NCBI GenBank assembly: GCA_031835245.2
Contig: JAVKOQ020000034.1
Coordinates: forward strand, 248,001 to 295,371
From: Balamuthia mandrillaris
Lineage: Eukaryota
Direction: 5' to 3'
Length of the DNA: 47,371 nt
The position numbers and the translations under genes were made by a program. The notes under the pieces were generated by a model. That model saw only the letters and a list, made by a program, of their open reading frames with translations. It was not told the DNA's origin and searched no databases. Positions 1 to 13,195 of this stretch are shown piece after piece (positions within the stretch are counted from its first letter, which is position 1; each line of letters starts with the position of its first letter).

Positions 1-145
1 CCCTCGCAAACGGGTGGAGCTTCTCTCTGTTGCTTCTGCGCTGCTCCTTCCATCTCCCTCCCTCTTTGTTTATTTTAAAAAAAAAAACTGCAAAAAAAAG
101 CAAAAAAAAAAAAGGTTCTCTTTTGTTACACTACAGCACAAGAAG

Positions 146-445
146 ATGAAGAAGAAGAAGAAGAAAGAAGAAGAAGAAGAAGAAGAAGAAGAAGAAGAAG
201 AAGAAGAAGAAGAAGAAGAAGAAGAAGAAGAAAGAAGAAGAAGAAGAAGAAGAAGAAGAAGAAGAAGAAGAAGAAGAAGAAGAAGAACAAGAAGAAAAAG
301 AAGAAGAAGAAGAAGAAGAAGAAGAAGAAAGAAGAAGAAGAACAAGAAGAAGAAGAAGAAGAAGAAGAAGAAGAACAAGAGGAAGAAGAAGAAGAACAAG
401 AAGAAGAAGAAGAAGAAGAAGAAGAAGAACAAGAAGAAGAAAGAA
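146..445. repeat. (GAA)n trinucleotide microsatellite; possibly the acidic last exon of a + strand gene entering from the left
   Basis: Near-pure GAA run, preceded by a candidate acceptor (ctacag, ~136). The overlapping ORFs are low-complexity. Confidence 0.85.
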
Positions 446-454
446 CAAAGGTAC

Positions 455-1994
455 TCATGAACCAAGTTCTATCATCTCAAACTCCTCCTTGCTCGCTGCT
501 CTCTTCTTCTTTCGCTTGTTCTCCTCATGACCGTCTTCCTCCTTCTCTTCTTCTTCGCTCCTTCTTCCCTCCTCCACCTCGCCCGCAAAATAAGCATCCA
601 ACCCCAAGAAACGGTGATAAGAAGAGAACAAACCCATCTCCTCCTCTTCTCCTTCCTCGGCTTCATCCTTTGCTCGGCTTGGCTTGGCTCTCCAACTCAC
701 CAAAAACAGTCCGAGAAGAATGAAGACAGCGCCGATGGCATCTGTCCCTTGGAGCGGCTCGCCCACGAAGAAGAACATCAGCGCGGTCACCAACAATGGC
801 TGCAGGCATAAGAACGCTGATACTCGCGATGCTCCTATTTGCCCTATCACCCAGGTCAGCAACGCCAATCCTATGTGTTGTTCGTTTTGTGAGCAGTGAA
901 CCACAAGGCAGAAAGAAGATTCGAAGAAAGGGAAAACAGAAGAGGAGAGGAACAAAGGACACGTACCAATGGAAGTAGGCATGACGGCAACGTAAGCGAT
1001 GCAAGCGCCAGTAGACCAAGGCACCCAAGCCAGCTCCTCCACCCTCTCATGCTCGAACAACAGCGCAACAGCAACAACAATCGTCCCTCCGAACAGAAAG
1101 CAATAAGCGTTCAGTACCAAAGGGGACCATCCTTCGTTTTTTTCTTTCTCATCTATTCCTTCCACTTCTACTTCATCATGCCCGCCTTGTTGTTCTTCGT
1201 TACGTTGCCGCCGTTGAAGAGACGCAGAAGGAAGCAACATGTCCTTCTGGAAAAGTATGAAACACGCAAAGAAGAGGGCGCGAGACGCAAGTAACAGCAC
1301 AGTTGCAAGTTGACTGCCGCTCTCCATCGAGGACGAAGAAGAACTAAACACATCCAGCCGCCACACCTCCGCCAAGACGAGAGCTCCGCCAACGGTACAA
1401 AGCAATCCTAAGCCCGTTCCCACCGACACTTTTTCTCTTCGAAAGATCAAAGCCAGCACTACGGTGAACAACGTTTCTGCCGGGAGCAACATCATTAACG
1501 TCATGGTCGACGTTGTTGCTGAAGAGGAAGATGAAGAAGAAGAAGAAGCAGTTGAGGAAGATGAAGAAGAGGATAGATCGAAGGCAAAACTGGTGCAGAG
1601 CATGGTTAGAGCTACTCCGGTGAGCCCCAAGAAGAACAGCCGAAGAAGTTCTTTGGAGGAGGGTAGGAAGTGACGACGGAGGGACTCCTGCTCAAAGACG
1701 AAGGACAGGAGGAAGAGAGTGGGCACGGCGATAATGACCAACGCAGCAGCTACCACCACCGCGGAGGGGGTGACGACGGGCAGCTCGTCCGGATCTCTGT
1801 GGTCGTGCAAGGAGGCATTCAGACTTTGATCCGTGCAAACCGTTCCCACGGAAAACAGTCCCTTTTGGTTGTGTCTAGTGAGCCCAAGAACAAAGAGAGA
1901 GAAGGCTAGGCACAGAAGAAAACGCAAGAAGGAGAGAAGGAAGCAGGGCGGGAAGTAGAGCAAGGAGAAAGAGAAACGACGAAAAGGGACAACT

Positions 1995-2031
<37 letters not shown>

Positions 2032-2086
2032 GAACCTGAACAAAGGCCAAAGCAACGACGAGAAGAGGCAACGGTTGCAGAGTCAT
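455..2086 (-). CDS. EamA/DMT-superfamily (drug/metabolite) transporter, multi-exon
   Basis: ATG at 2086 gives MTLQPLPLLVVALAFVQ, then a GT-AG intron (2035-1862) spliced in phase to GLFSVGTV. About 10 hydrophobic segments with DMT-type motifs (LALIFRREKVS..GLLCTVGG; GASRVSAFLCLQPL; GEPL..DAIGAVFILLG). Acidic tail. Confidence 0.8.
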
Positions 2087-2571
2087 GTCGGTTGTGGGGA
2101 AAAAAGTAGTGACAACACGATTGCTGCTAGAGCTTCCTTATTGCCGCTGTTTTCTGTATGTAATGCAGACAGAGGAGAGGGGAAGCCTCCAAAAAGCAGC
2201 GAACAAAAAACCGATACAGAAGTGTTACTAGTAGCGCAAGTAGTGTAGGGGGGGGCGGGGTTGGCCAAGCGGCAGCTGGTCAAAACTCTCTTTCTTGCTG
2301 GTAGTGGTGGTGGTGGAATAAGTAGCTGTTTTATCGCAAAATACAACAAATAAATTGGGCTGAAGAGGGAAATAGCCGCCGTAATTGCTCTCTCACCCCC
2401 CCCTAAAGCGGCGCCACGCAGCAAAATTTGGTGGGGAAAAAAAAGGACAACACTTTGTCTTCTCTGCTATTTTAGCTGGTGGCAATTTCTGTCGACTGCT
2501 TCGCTTTACCCCCCCCCCCTTGTCTTTCTTGTCTTCCCCTTGGTCTCCTCAAAGAGTGGTCCTGGTAAGGA

Positions 2572-2716
2572 GAGAGAAGAGAGGAGAAAGGAGAGAGGAG
2601 AGAGCAGAGAGCAGAGAGCAGAGGCAGAGAGAGAGAGAGAGAGAGCAGAGAGCAGAGAGAGAGAGAGAGAGCAGAGAGCAGAGAGGAGAGAGCAGAGAGG
2701 AGAGAGCAGAGAGCAG

Positions 2717-2766
<50 letters not shown>

Positions 2767-2926
2767 GAGAGAGCAGAGAGAGAGAGAGAGAGAGAGAGCA
2801 GAGAGCAGAGAGCAGAGAGCAGAGAGCAGAGAGAGAGAGAGGAGCAGAGAGGAGAGAGAGAGAGCAGAGAGGAGAGAGCAGAGCAGAGAGAGAGAGCAGA
2901 GAGGAGAGAGAGCAGAGAGAGAGAGC

Positions 2927-2959
<33 letters not shown>

Positions 2960-3300
2960 AGAGCAGAGAGCAGAGAGAGAGAGAGAGCAGAGAGAGAGAG
3001 AGAGAGCAGAGAGGAGAGAGAGAGAGCAGAGAGGAGAGAGAGAGAGAGCAGAGAGAGAGAGAGAGCAGAGAGGAGAGAGAGCAGAGAGCAGAGAGAGAGA
3101 GAGCAGAGAGGAGAGCAGAGAGGAGAGAGCAGAGAGCAGAGAGGAGAGAGGAGAGAGGAGAGAGAGCAGAGAGAGCAGAGAGGAGAGAGAGGAGAGAGGA
3201 GAGAGAGCAGAGAGAGAGAGCAGAGAGCAGAGAGCAGAGAGAGAGGAGAGAGGAGAGAGAGAGCAGAGAGCAGAGAGCAGAGAGCAGAGAGCAGAGAGTA
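2572..3300. repeat. Compound (GA)n/GAGAGCA microsatellite, intergenic
   Basis: About 730 bp of GA, GAGAGCA and GAGAG units between divergent genes. Confidence 0.95.
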
Positions 3301-3593
3301 GAAGAGGAGCGAAACAGAGATCTTTTCATCTTTTTTTGGTGAGATTAGTTTGTGAATACATTGTGTTTTGATATTATAATAAAGTGTTGACCACCGCAAG
3401 CACACTGTTCTCTGCTCTGTTCTCCTGGCTGCTGCTTCTTCTGCCTCGGGTTCAGCTGCCTCATTCTCAGCATTCCTTCTTCTTTCTCTCTCTCAAAAAA
3501 AAAAAAAAAAACAACAAATACAAAAAAAATAATAAAAGGGACTATAAAAGAGCAGCTCACAAGAAGAAAGCTCTTTGCAAAAGCGCAGCAAGC

Positions 3594-3745
3594 ATGAGCA
3601 GCAGCAACGGCAAGAAGAAGGTCACCGCCAAGCGAAAAAGAGGGCAGGAGGAGGAGGAGGAGGAGGACGCAGCCAAAGCACCCGCCCGCTCCTCCGGCAG
3701 AGATCGCAGACCTCCCAAACGCCTCATTGAAGGTTCTCAGCAACT

Positions 3746-3784
<39 letters not shown>

Positions 3785-5139
3785 CTCTCTGCTCTCTATT
3801 TTCTCCATTTCTTTGATTTATTTTTATTGATTATGTGCTGTTTGCTGGCATACGATGAAATAGAGCCGCCAGCAAAGCCTAGCCAAAGGGTAAAAAAAAC
3901 CCCATCCATTCGCTTCCTGAAGATTGAGTGATGTGATTTTGTTTTCTTATCTTTCAAATATTTGATTGTGGTGTGACGCTGTTTTTTAATAGGCGGTAGC
4001 AGCGAAAAAAGAAAAGCAGGAGGCAAAGGAAGCCGAGGAGGAGGAGAAGAAGAAGAACAAGAAGGCCAAGACCTCCCCTGCAGCCTCCTCTTCAAAGAAG
4101 AAAAAGACCTCTACCGCAAAGAATAAAAAGGCCGCCGACAAGAAAAAGAAGGAAGAGGAAGAGGAAGAGGAGGAAGAAGAGGAGGAGGAGGAAGAGGAGG
4201 AGGAGGAGGAGGAAGAAGAAGAGGAGGAGGAAGAAGAAGAAGAAGAGAAGAAAACCAAAGCGAAGAAAGGAAATGCCGGCAAACAAAAAACTGCGGTACG
4301 CTTAGTGTTCTGTCCTTCTTCTTTCTCCTCATTCGCACCATCGGTTCATTGTTTCCTCTCTGCTGCTCTCCCTTTCTCAACACACAACAGGGAACTAGAA
4401 AGACTTTAAGTGAGGAGCAGAAAGATGCCATTTATGCCATGGGTGTTAACGAGTTAAAGGACCGCCTCAAAGCTAACGACCAAATTGTTTCTGGTTTGAG
4501 GATCGCTTTGTTGCTCTAGTTTCTATCTTTATTTTCGCTCTTGTCCTCTCTGTCTCTGTCTCTCTCCCTCTCCCTCTCACCTTTAAACCAACCGCATAAC
4601 ATAAAACAAAGGTTCTAAAACGGAGTTGATCAAACGAATCACTGATTGTGTGCTTTACGGAGGGTTGCCCAGGTACTGTGCCTTTGTGTCCTATCTCTTC
4701 GCATGTGTTGCCATCTTCTAATATTTGTTATGCTATCTTACAGGTGTCCAGAATGGTGCAATCTCTCTCTCTCTCCTCTCTCTCTGCTCTCTGCTCTCTC
4801 CCTCTCCCTCTTCTACCTCTCCTCTTGCTGATGTATTATTTCTGGACAAAGCTTTGGCGGACGTTTGAAGAAAAAGAAATCTGGTGGTTACTTTTGCCCT
4901 GGAAGGTACATACCATTTTCTCTTGGAAACGAACAAAAACATCCCGCTTTCCTTCCCACATCGTGAATTAATCTCTCTTCTCGCAGTTATGAAGATGATT
5001 CCTTTGTTCGATGCAAATACACATCGAAAACAGTGGAGCGTGTCGCTTGGAAAGGTTTGTGTATTTATGTTTACGTGCATTTGTGCCAGAAGAACTAATA
5101 TTCCTTTTGTTGACAGCGGCGGACGGTTCCGTTGTTTAA
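3594..5139 (+). CDS. Lys/Glu-rich protein with a C-terminal PADR1 (PARP Zn3-like) zinc-ribbon domain, multi-exon
   Basis: Spliced translation: ...MGVNELKDRLKANDQIVS|GSKTELIKRITDCVLYGGLPR|CPEC|FGGRLKKKKSGGYFCPGS|YEDDSFVRCKYTSKTVERVAWK|AADGSVV*. This matches the PADR1 pattern LxxNxQ..G....L..R..D...YG.L..CPxC..G.L......Y.C.G......C.......R..W. Confidence 0.75.
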
Positions 5140-5344
5140 TAGCGTCGGCAGTGCTGCGTCTATACAATGTTGAACTTGACATTTTATGCTGTTCACATGA
5201 ACACCTCTGCATGCAGGTGACTTTAGTCATTCCTCTTTTTTCCAACAAAATCATTCTTTGTTTCATTTTAGCTACTTTCATTATTACAAAGAGGGAGAGG
5301 GAGAGAGAGCTTACCTCTGAAGAATAAAGAGGAACCAAGCAATG

Positions 5345-7253
5345 CTAAACTAATGTCTTGTTGAGTTGGGATTGAAGCTTTTGCAACAACCGCAATGCAC
5401 GGATGGAATGCTCCAGGCTCTTGCACTTATGCTCAAGATTGGCCACCACCTCCTTGTACGCACTATTCTTTACCTCTGCTCTCCTCAACGCTTGCTCTTT
5501 TGGCAACAACAGTTAATATATTACATAAGGGAGGGGGAAAGGAAGAAGGATTACCAATAGGAGAAAGGGGAAGAGGTCTTGGCTCTGATAATTCTTTTCT
5601 AAGTTCAGCGATGCTCTTTTGTTTTTCGGATATCCGTTCAATGGTTGCCATCACCGCCTTTTTGTTCCGTAACAATGTTAGCCAAAACGCAAAAGCAAAG
5701 CAAAGTAAGAGAGGCTTGCAAGATGAAGAAACCTGAGGAAATAGATGACGTGAATAGAAGCGTTTCTGATCAGACAGAGGAGTGTCGTCAAGATGCTTGG
5801 TGGTAAGCAAAGGAATGTGGTGCTCCTCCACAAAGGAACGTATGGTAGGATCTGCTTCCAGTTGTCGAAAAGGGTCCAAAGGGTTTAGTTCAGTCGCCAA
5901 TTGACTCCTTCGTCGTTGCCGTCTTCGTCTCTTGTTTGGAGGGACAGACAGCTCGTCCGCTTCTCTGTCTTCTCCTTTATATTCTGTTGGTTGTTCTTTG
6001 TCAAGTTCTTCCTCCTCATCGAGTCGCCTCCGTTTAAAGGAGAGTCCTTCGTGGTCAATTGCGGCTGAGGTCTCTTCTTCATTCTCTTTCTCTTGTTCTG
6101 GTGCATGTGATAGGGTCTTCGCTTCATTTGCAAATGCTTCTTCCATTTCCGCTTTCAATTGGTCTTCCTGCTCATCTTGTTCGTTCATATCTTCTCCTGT
6201 TTCTTCTTCATCCTCCTCTTCATATTCCGCTTCATCGCTGCTGATGATCTGTTCCTCTTCTGCTTCTTCATCGTACTCGTCTAAGTATTCCTTTTCCTCT
6301 TCCTCCTCTCTGGTTTCCGTTCTCATCTTCAGAGAATCCTTTCTACCTGCTGATTCCTCCTCTTCGGATTCATACTCTACTTCTTCTTCCTCCCCTCCTT
6401 TTGCTTCTCCTCTCTTCTTACTTACTTCATTTCCTTCTTCTTCCTCTTTCTCTTCTTTCTCTTCTTCACTCTCTTCCTCTTCCTCCTCCTCTTCCTCTTC
6501 CTCTCCCTCTTCTTCACTCGCTTCGCTCTCGTCGTCGCTCTCTTGCTCACTCTCTTCGTCTTTCCTGCTAGCGGCAGCAGTCGGCAAGGTTTTACCTGCG
6601 CCCTGTCCTGTCGCTATTTCTTCCACAATAGTGAAACCCGTTCGACGTTCGTTTGTTCGCTGGCTTGCAGTGTCGTCCTCCTCCGCATCTTCTTCTTCAT
6701 CTTCGCTTTCACTAGAGGAATCCTCGCTACCGAGGTCTTCACTCCCTGCGTCCTCCTCCTCCTCCTCTTCCTCTACTTCGTCCTGTTCCTCTTCTTCTCG
6801 CTGGTGTTCCATTGTTTGTTGCTGTTCGGTTTCGTCTTCCCTCTCATCTTCGCTGGAGCTAATGACAATCACTTCGTTGGCCTGCGGCGGTGGCGCGGGA
6901 CGCCTTGTTGGTGTTGCTTGATACCGTCCATCCTCTGCGTCGCTGCTGTTGTGACTGCTCCCACTGTCGCTGTTCGAATCTTCTTCCTCCAAATGGTGTC
7001 GCAGGATCGGAGCACCCCGCTCGTTTCTCCTTTGCCATGGTTGTCCGCTTGCTTCGTTTTCATCTTCCTCCTCCTCCTCTTCATATTCAAAGTAAACTTC
7101 ATGGTCTTCTTCCTCTTCTTCTGCTACGCCCTCACTATCATCACCATCACCGTCTTCTTCTTCATCATCATCGTCAGCTAGCTCCCTATCTTCCCGTTCC
7201 TCCTCTCCCTCCTCCTCCTCAGAAGCGAGCTGTTCCGCGTCCTTCTCCCTCAT
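5345..7253 (-). CDS. Highly acidic, disordered hypothetical protein with a C-terminal coiled coil
   Basis: Long Glu/Asp-rich ORF from ATG 7253 with NLS-like KRRR. Short 3' exons end ...EVVANLEHKCKSLEHSIRALRLLQKLQSQLNKTLV* at 5345. Confidence 0.65.
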
Positions 7254-7602
7254 CTTTTTGCTGCCAAACGGAAACAAATCAAACCAAAGTTTAACGTTCT
7301 TTCATGTCGCCACGGTAAGAGGCTTAAGGTGTTGCCGACATACAAATTCATGTCGTCATGGAATATGAGTTGGAGCGTCGGCAAAAAAAACCAAGCTCGT
7401 TTTAATAATTGGGGAGCAATTTCCCTCATTCATTAGGGCTTGTGCTACTAGGGCTTGTGCAACTGATTATGCTGGGCGGGGTGGCCCAGTGAATCGCGTT
7501 TTGGAGTAAAGCAACAACAAAGGAAGTATTCGCAAACATAAACAAATACGGCGGAGGTGGTTCGGCCTGCAAAACACCTTTTGTTAAAAAAAAAAATTCA
7601 CG

Positions 7603-8205
7603 ATGAGGAGAGCCGGAGGGGGAGGAGGAGGCAATTCACCTTCCGCAGCAGAGGAATTGGACATAGAGGAATGCCTCGACATTGTGGACGCCCTCCGCGA
7701 GGCGGTGCAACAGTTGGGCGGCAGCGGCCACGAGGAGGTGGACCCTTTGCTCCTCTACACGGCCGAAGTGCTGGAACTGGCCCAAAGCGTGCCACAACTA
7801 TTTTCCACCTCCTCCTCCAGAGGAGGGGCTCACGGCCACCCTGGTCAAGGCATTTTAGGCAGGAAACATGCACGACTGCAACGCACGTTGAATAACTTGG
7901 AGGAAGGATTGGAGATGGAGCAGGACATACGGAAGCTTCGGAGGCAGCTCACAAGCAATAGACCGCGCTACCTGCTGGACAAAGCTTTGATGGAGGTTTA
8001 CTTTGCGGTGCGCAACCTCAGGAGGGACCTCAAGAAGCACGCCAAGCAGATGGGCTTTCATTTACCACAGGGAAAGAGGTTAACCCCTTTGTTCATCATT
8101 CCAGATGATGCTGGACAGCTTTGGTGGGAACATAGCTTTGGAGAGGAGGTTGGCTTATTGGCGTTAATTTTTGTTCTTACTGTTTCTGTCGCTTTTCGCT
8201 TTCTT

Positions 8206-8245
<40 letters not shown>

Positions 8246-8447
8246 CCTCTCCCTATTCTGTTTGTTGGTGTGTTTTTTTTGAAAAGAGATCCTAACGAAG
8301 AACAAACAGGTGTTGATGGTGAAATGGACAGAGTTTTTGGAGCGGCTGGCCGAGGTCATGCAGCTCAGCCCTTTGGCAGAGAATGCCCTGTTGTACGTAT
8401 TGGATAACAACCGAGTGGGAATAGTCACCCAGGTAACCCTCTCCCCG

Positions 8448-8492
<45 letters not shown>

Positions 8493-8524
8493 CCTCCCTC
8501 TCTCTCCTCTCTCTTTCCTCTCCT

Positions 8525-8570
<46 letters not shown>

Positions 8571-10878
8571 TGCCTATTTATCATCGGCAAACCAATTTAA
8601 ACAAATGAACATTATAATATACAGTTCAGGTTTGCGGAAATGTTAAACAGTTTTGGGCCGTTTACGGAACAAAACTTGGAGGCCATCAAGCACACCATTG
8701 GCGCAGAGTAACTTATCCTCCGCTTCTTCCTTTTCACCTGTTTTCTTTTGAACCTAAAAGTTATCTTTTTAAAAGGTGGTTTGAAGGTTATCTCTCATCA
8801 AAAGAAGCAGAGAGGCTGCTCTTTAATCGCGAGCCAGGAACGTTTCTTGCGCGCTTCTGCCGAGGAAGTTGTAGCCACTTTGGTCTTTCTTATGTGAAGC
8901 AAGATCCAGCAGGCAATGCTACCAAGGTAGAACACACCGTGGTGCGGAGGTTGTGGGCTGATGGCATGCCTCTCGGCTTTACCTTTGACGCCAGCGGACA
9001 GGGAGACAACTTTGACACATTGGGACAACTTATAGAGTATTACACGGAAACGCTCGTCGTTCCATTGAACGACCCTGTCAACAAGTCTGGGTATGTCTAT
9101 TCTTTCTTGTCAGAGCACAACGGGAGAAGAGTGCAGCAGTAGTGGCGCGAAGCCAGAAAAAAATAGAGGCAAAGAAACTCTTCGGTGTCCTAACTTAGTG
9201 TATTTGCAGATTGTTTTACGGGGACTTGACTGCAAAAGAATCTCAAGAGCTGCTAGCAAACAAGCGTGAAGGGACGTTCCTCTTTCGGATGAGCTCAAGG
9301 GCGCCCAACCTAGCTGTGTCCTACTGCCAAGACCGCCAGGTGAAACATGGGCTCGTTGGCATTACCCCTGCTGGCCACTTTTACTTTGAGCAAGCCCCTT
9401 CCAAGGAATTTCCGACCATCCAACAACTGGCCAAATCTCAACCGGACGTTCTTCGCACCCCATTGGTCCCCAACTTGAGTCTTTGCGCCATAGCTGCGCA
9501 CATCGCAAGAGGCGATGACAGCAACAGTTTCAACGGCAGCAACAACTCTCCGTCGCTATCGGCCGGATCTGGGCACTCGGAGGAAGAGCTGGAGTTCTCC
9601 TCTTCTGACGATTCCTCTTTCTCGGGCTCCTCCTCATCGGAAGGCAGCAGGCGAAGAAGGGTGCAATCTCACGTCATCTCTTCCAAATCCTCCGTTGCAG
9701 CCGCCGCTGCTCGCTCTTCTCTTGCTCCCGGCGATCCATCTTTCCATGCCCAAGCCAAAAAGCATCAAAGTGTGGCGTCCCCGCGTAGACATGGAACCGC
9801 ACCACCGCACCCGCAACCTTCTGCTTCTCAAGGCAAAATTTCCTCCACGCAGTATGGTAAGATACCACGAGGCATGCTCTCGGGTACCCGCTCTGCCACT
9901 CCCCCACCTGCTGCCATTGCCCCATCTTCCCCGCACATGGCTTCCGCAACTTCTTCATATTCAGCAATTCCAGTTGCACGACCAAAGATGGCAGCTAGGA
10001 CCAAGTCTCCACGTAGCGCTAATGGAGGTGTAGCTTCACACTATGGTAGCATGCCTGCTTTGTTCCGAACAAACAGTGCTAAGGACATCAATATCAACGA
10101 CAATCTCAACAGCCAACCAGCACCCTCTCCCTTGAACAGAGCTACCAGTCAATATGGAAGCATTCCCTCCGTTCGTAAAAGCACAAACTCAGTGGCCACT
10201 TCTTCCGCCTCCTCCATTCCAGTTGCCACAACCGCCGCTCAAGGCAGACGTCGTACAATGGAGCCACAACGGCCAAAAGGAGGACGTCACAACAGAACAG
10301 CCTCTTCCTCTTCTTCCGAAGAGGCCACCAGCGCTTTGCCAAAGACAGAGGCTAGCATGGCCAAGGCGCACTATGGCAGCATGCCCGCTTTGAAACTTTC
10401 ACGGACTTCTTCTCCTCCTCCATCAACAGCAAATGACAGCGGCAGCGATGAAGACGAAGAACCCAGGTTGCTTCCTCGAGGTCTTGTTCCAACCACGCCA
10501 GCAACGCCACGTCAAATTGCATCACTACCAACAGCAGCACCAAGAGAAGAAGATGAGGAGGACGAATCTAATTATTCGAGATTACCTAGGTTTATACCCC
10601 AGCAGCAGCAGCAGCAGTCTTCTCAATTGGAGGCTGTTGACTCTCAAGAAAGTGACTATGAAGAGGAAAGCAACGATGACATTCAAGAGGCAGACGAAGA
10701 AACAAATGAAGAAGGTGGCGAAGACGAAGAAGAGTACGAAGAGGATAGTTCGAGCGAGGAGGAGCGTTTACAACCCGCACTCTCTCAAGTAGAATATGGC
10801 ATTTTCCCGGTTCGAAATACGACAAACAACAGCAATATCATGGCAAGCGATGAGGAGGAAGAGGAATCAGAAGAAGAA

Positions 10879-10911
<33 letters not shown>

Positions 10912-11619
10912 CCCAGACTTGTTCCCCAACGAGGTACAACGCCGCCATCCGCCCCGTTCTATCCTTCCTCTGGCTATTCCACAGTGCCAGGTAAACTTGC
11001 TCCTGCGGCAACAGCTGGTCGAAGACAACCTTCTTCCTACCCGCCGAGAATACCAGCTGGTATCAATGACGAAGATGAACAAGAAGAGGAGGATGAAGGG
11101 CGACTTATTCCCCAACGACAACCCGCGTTGGACACCGATTTGTACTGCTCGTTGCCAAAACTTCAGGCCCAAGCAGCAGCGACAGCCAAACCAGCTGCTG
11201 CTCGTCGACCATCAGCACCCGCTCAAGTGGAATATACCGCATTTAACAAGGACATGCTTCGCCAGGCCTCGTCACCTCCCCATTCTCCCACCAACAACAA
11301 CCTATATGGCAGCTTGGGCTCCTTATCCAAAAGTGCCAATGGTGGTGGAGGTGGAGCTTTTGAGCCGGACGAACAGGAGGAAGAGGATGAAGGCAGCTAT
11401 GGACACATGCCCTCCTCTTTCAGCGGCTCCTCTTCTTCTCCTAGTCTTTCAAGTTTGGCTCAACAACCAGCAGAGTTTGGATTCATGCCGCCCACATCAT
11501 CATCCGCATCGAGGCGGAAGACCAGGAGGTCTACCAAAACGGCCACCGCCAAACCTAAGAAAAGCAGCAGGGATTCGTTGGAACGGTACGGTCGATGGGA
11601 CGAGCTAGAAGAGTATTAA
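7603..11619 (+). CDS. Cbl-TKB-like EF-hand plus two SH2 domains with a long Tyr-motif-rich tail
   Basis: DAGQLWWEHSFGEE|VLMVKWTEFLERL...LDNNRVGIVTQ|FRFAEMLNSFGPF resembles the Cbl EF-hand region. SH2-1 is WFEGYLSSKEAERLL..REPGTFLARF and SH2-2 is FYGDLTAKESQELL..KREGTFLFRMS. Introns are GT-AG. Confidence 0.85.
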
Positions 11620-11861
11620 AGACGGAAAAAAAAGAGGTAACGTTGGGTTGGGTGCACAGCATGGGAAAAGTGGAAAATATTTGGTGGGTTCGTTGTTCGA
11701 CATTTTAGGTGTGACTTTATTTTTGATTTTTGATTGGGTGTTTCCCTTCGATCAATTGTATTTTTTGACTTATAAGATCAATCATTTACTGCCGACTTAA
11801 AAAGAAAGTGGAAAACTCGTTGCCATCATCATAAAACAGCAGAACGAAAAAAAAAGAGAAG

Positions 11862-12758
11862 ATGGTCAGGTGTTACCCCCAAAGTCGAACCCTGCGGGTT
11901 GTTTGTATTATTAGCTTAGTTCTGCTCCTTGGACTTGTTGGTTTATGTGAAGGAGACGGTACAGGCACCTTCTATTAAAATTGTTTTTTTTGGATTTAAT
12001 TTATTTTGAAGCGAGAAAACTACCCCTACTGACACATGTTTGGCGTGCAGCTCCTTCTTCTTGTTCTGGTCTAAAAAGCTGCTCCGAATGTACTTCCAAG
12101 TCTGACTGCGTGTGGTGTGAAAGTGATGAAACTTGTACCGCTGGCACGTTTTATGGACCGAAGGGCAACTTCATCGATGGCATTTTCAAAGGCTGCAGCG
12201 ACTGGCGTTGGAAGCAATGCAAAGGTAATCTCCGCCACTACAAAAATAAGCACAAAACAAACAAAAACAAAAAAAAAACCAACGAAGTTGCTCCTCTTTT
12301 TTTTTACTGAACTGCTATTTTGTGTTTGAGCAGCTAATGGCAAGATGATAGTGTTGGGAACGGCAGGAGGCTTGGGAGGCCTCATTCTCTTGGCTGCTCT
12401 GTGCTGTTGCTGCTGCTGCTACTTCCGCTGCTGTCGCAGACGTCGTGGTCAAAGAAAGGATAAACGTGAGGCAGGCGGCTACAGGTGGAGCAGCCTCCCG
12501 CAAAACGACCTCCAGATGGACGAGCTGCCGAGCTACTCCCGGACGGCTCACCCCCACACCGACTCTAAGAGGGCAGAGTACTACGCCAAGTACGGCACGC
12601 CCGAGCAGAGGGCCGCCCTTAGGGAGGAACGCAAGAACAGGGCGGCCAACCTCTTTGCCAGAGCACCAACCTCTTCCAGTGGTGCCACTGTGACTTTGGC
12701 TGGCGGAGCGGACAGTACCTTGCTTGACGACTCCACTATGATTATGGACTCGTTCTAA
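11862..12758 (+). CDS. PSI-domain single-pass membrane protein (PTTG1IP-like)
   Basis: Signal-peptide exon (MVRCYP..LVLLLGLVGLC). PSI exon CSGLKSCSECTSKSDCVWCE...C...C.DWRWKQC. TM helix followed by a poly-Cys/Arg patch. Confidence 0.8.
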
Positions 12759-13195
12759 ACGAAGGCATGAGTGTTGCATTCACTCCGTTTTCGGTTTTCT
12801 TCCTCCATTTTTTTTCCTTTTGTACAAAGACAAGGGCCACTATTTTTGCACACCACACACTTCTTCTTCCAATCACAACGTTATGAACACATGACAAACT
12901 AGAAACGAGATAGAAGAAAACTAGCTTTATATTTATTCGCTCTTCTCATTCAAAGTTGCAGTCCCTCTTTTTATTTTCGTTTCAGCTTGTCTTGTCCGCC
13001 AGGCCGAGCTGGGTCCGCTCCTTGTGAATGTCCTCCATTCTCTCTGACCCCATGCAATGCTCTTTCTCTTTCCTTCTCCTTGCTGACGTCACTTTGGACC
13101 GTTTTGGCGGGAAAAAGGGATTCCAAAGGAATCGACAAAAAAAAAAATGGTAACGGAAAAGATCGGTAACAAAAAACCCCCATACACACACAGGC

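Noticed and set aside
2385..3405. Long RE/LS-rich ORFs
   Set aside because: These are translations of a GA microsatellite, open in several frames on both strands.
5932..6921. 329-aa Ser-rich + strand ORF and similar antisense ORFs elsewhere
   Set aside because: These are shadow frames of acidic or low-complexity genes on the opposite strand.
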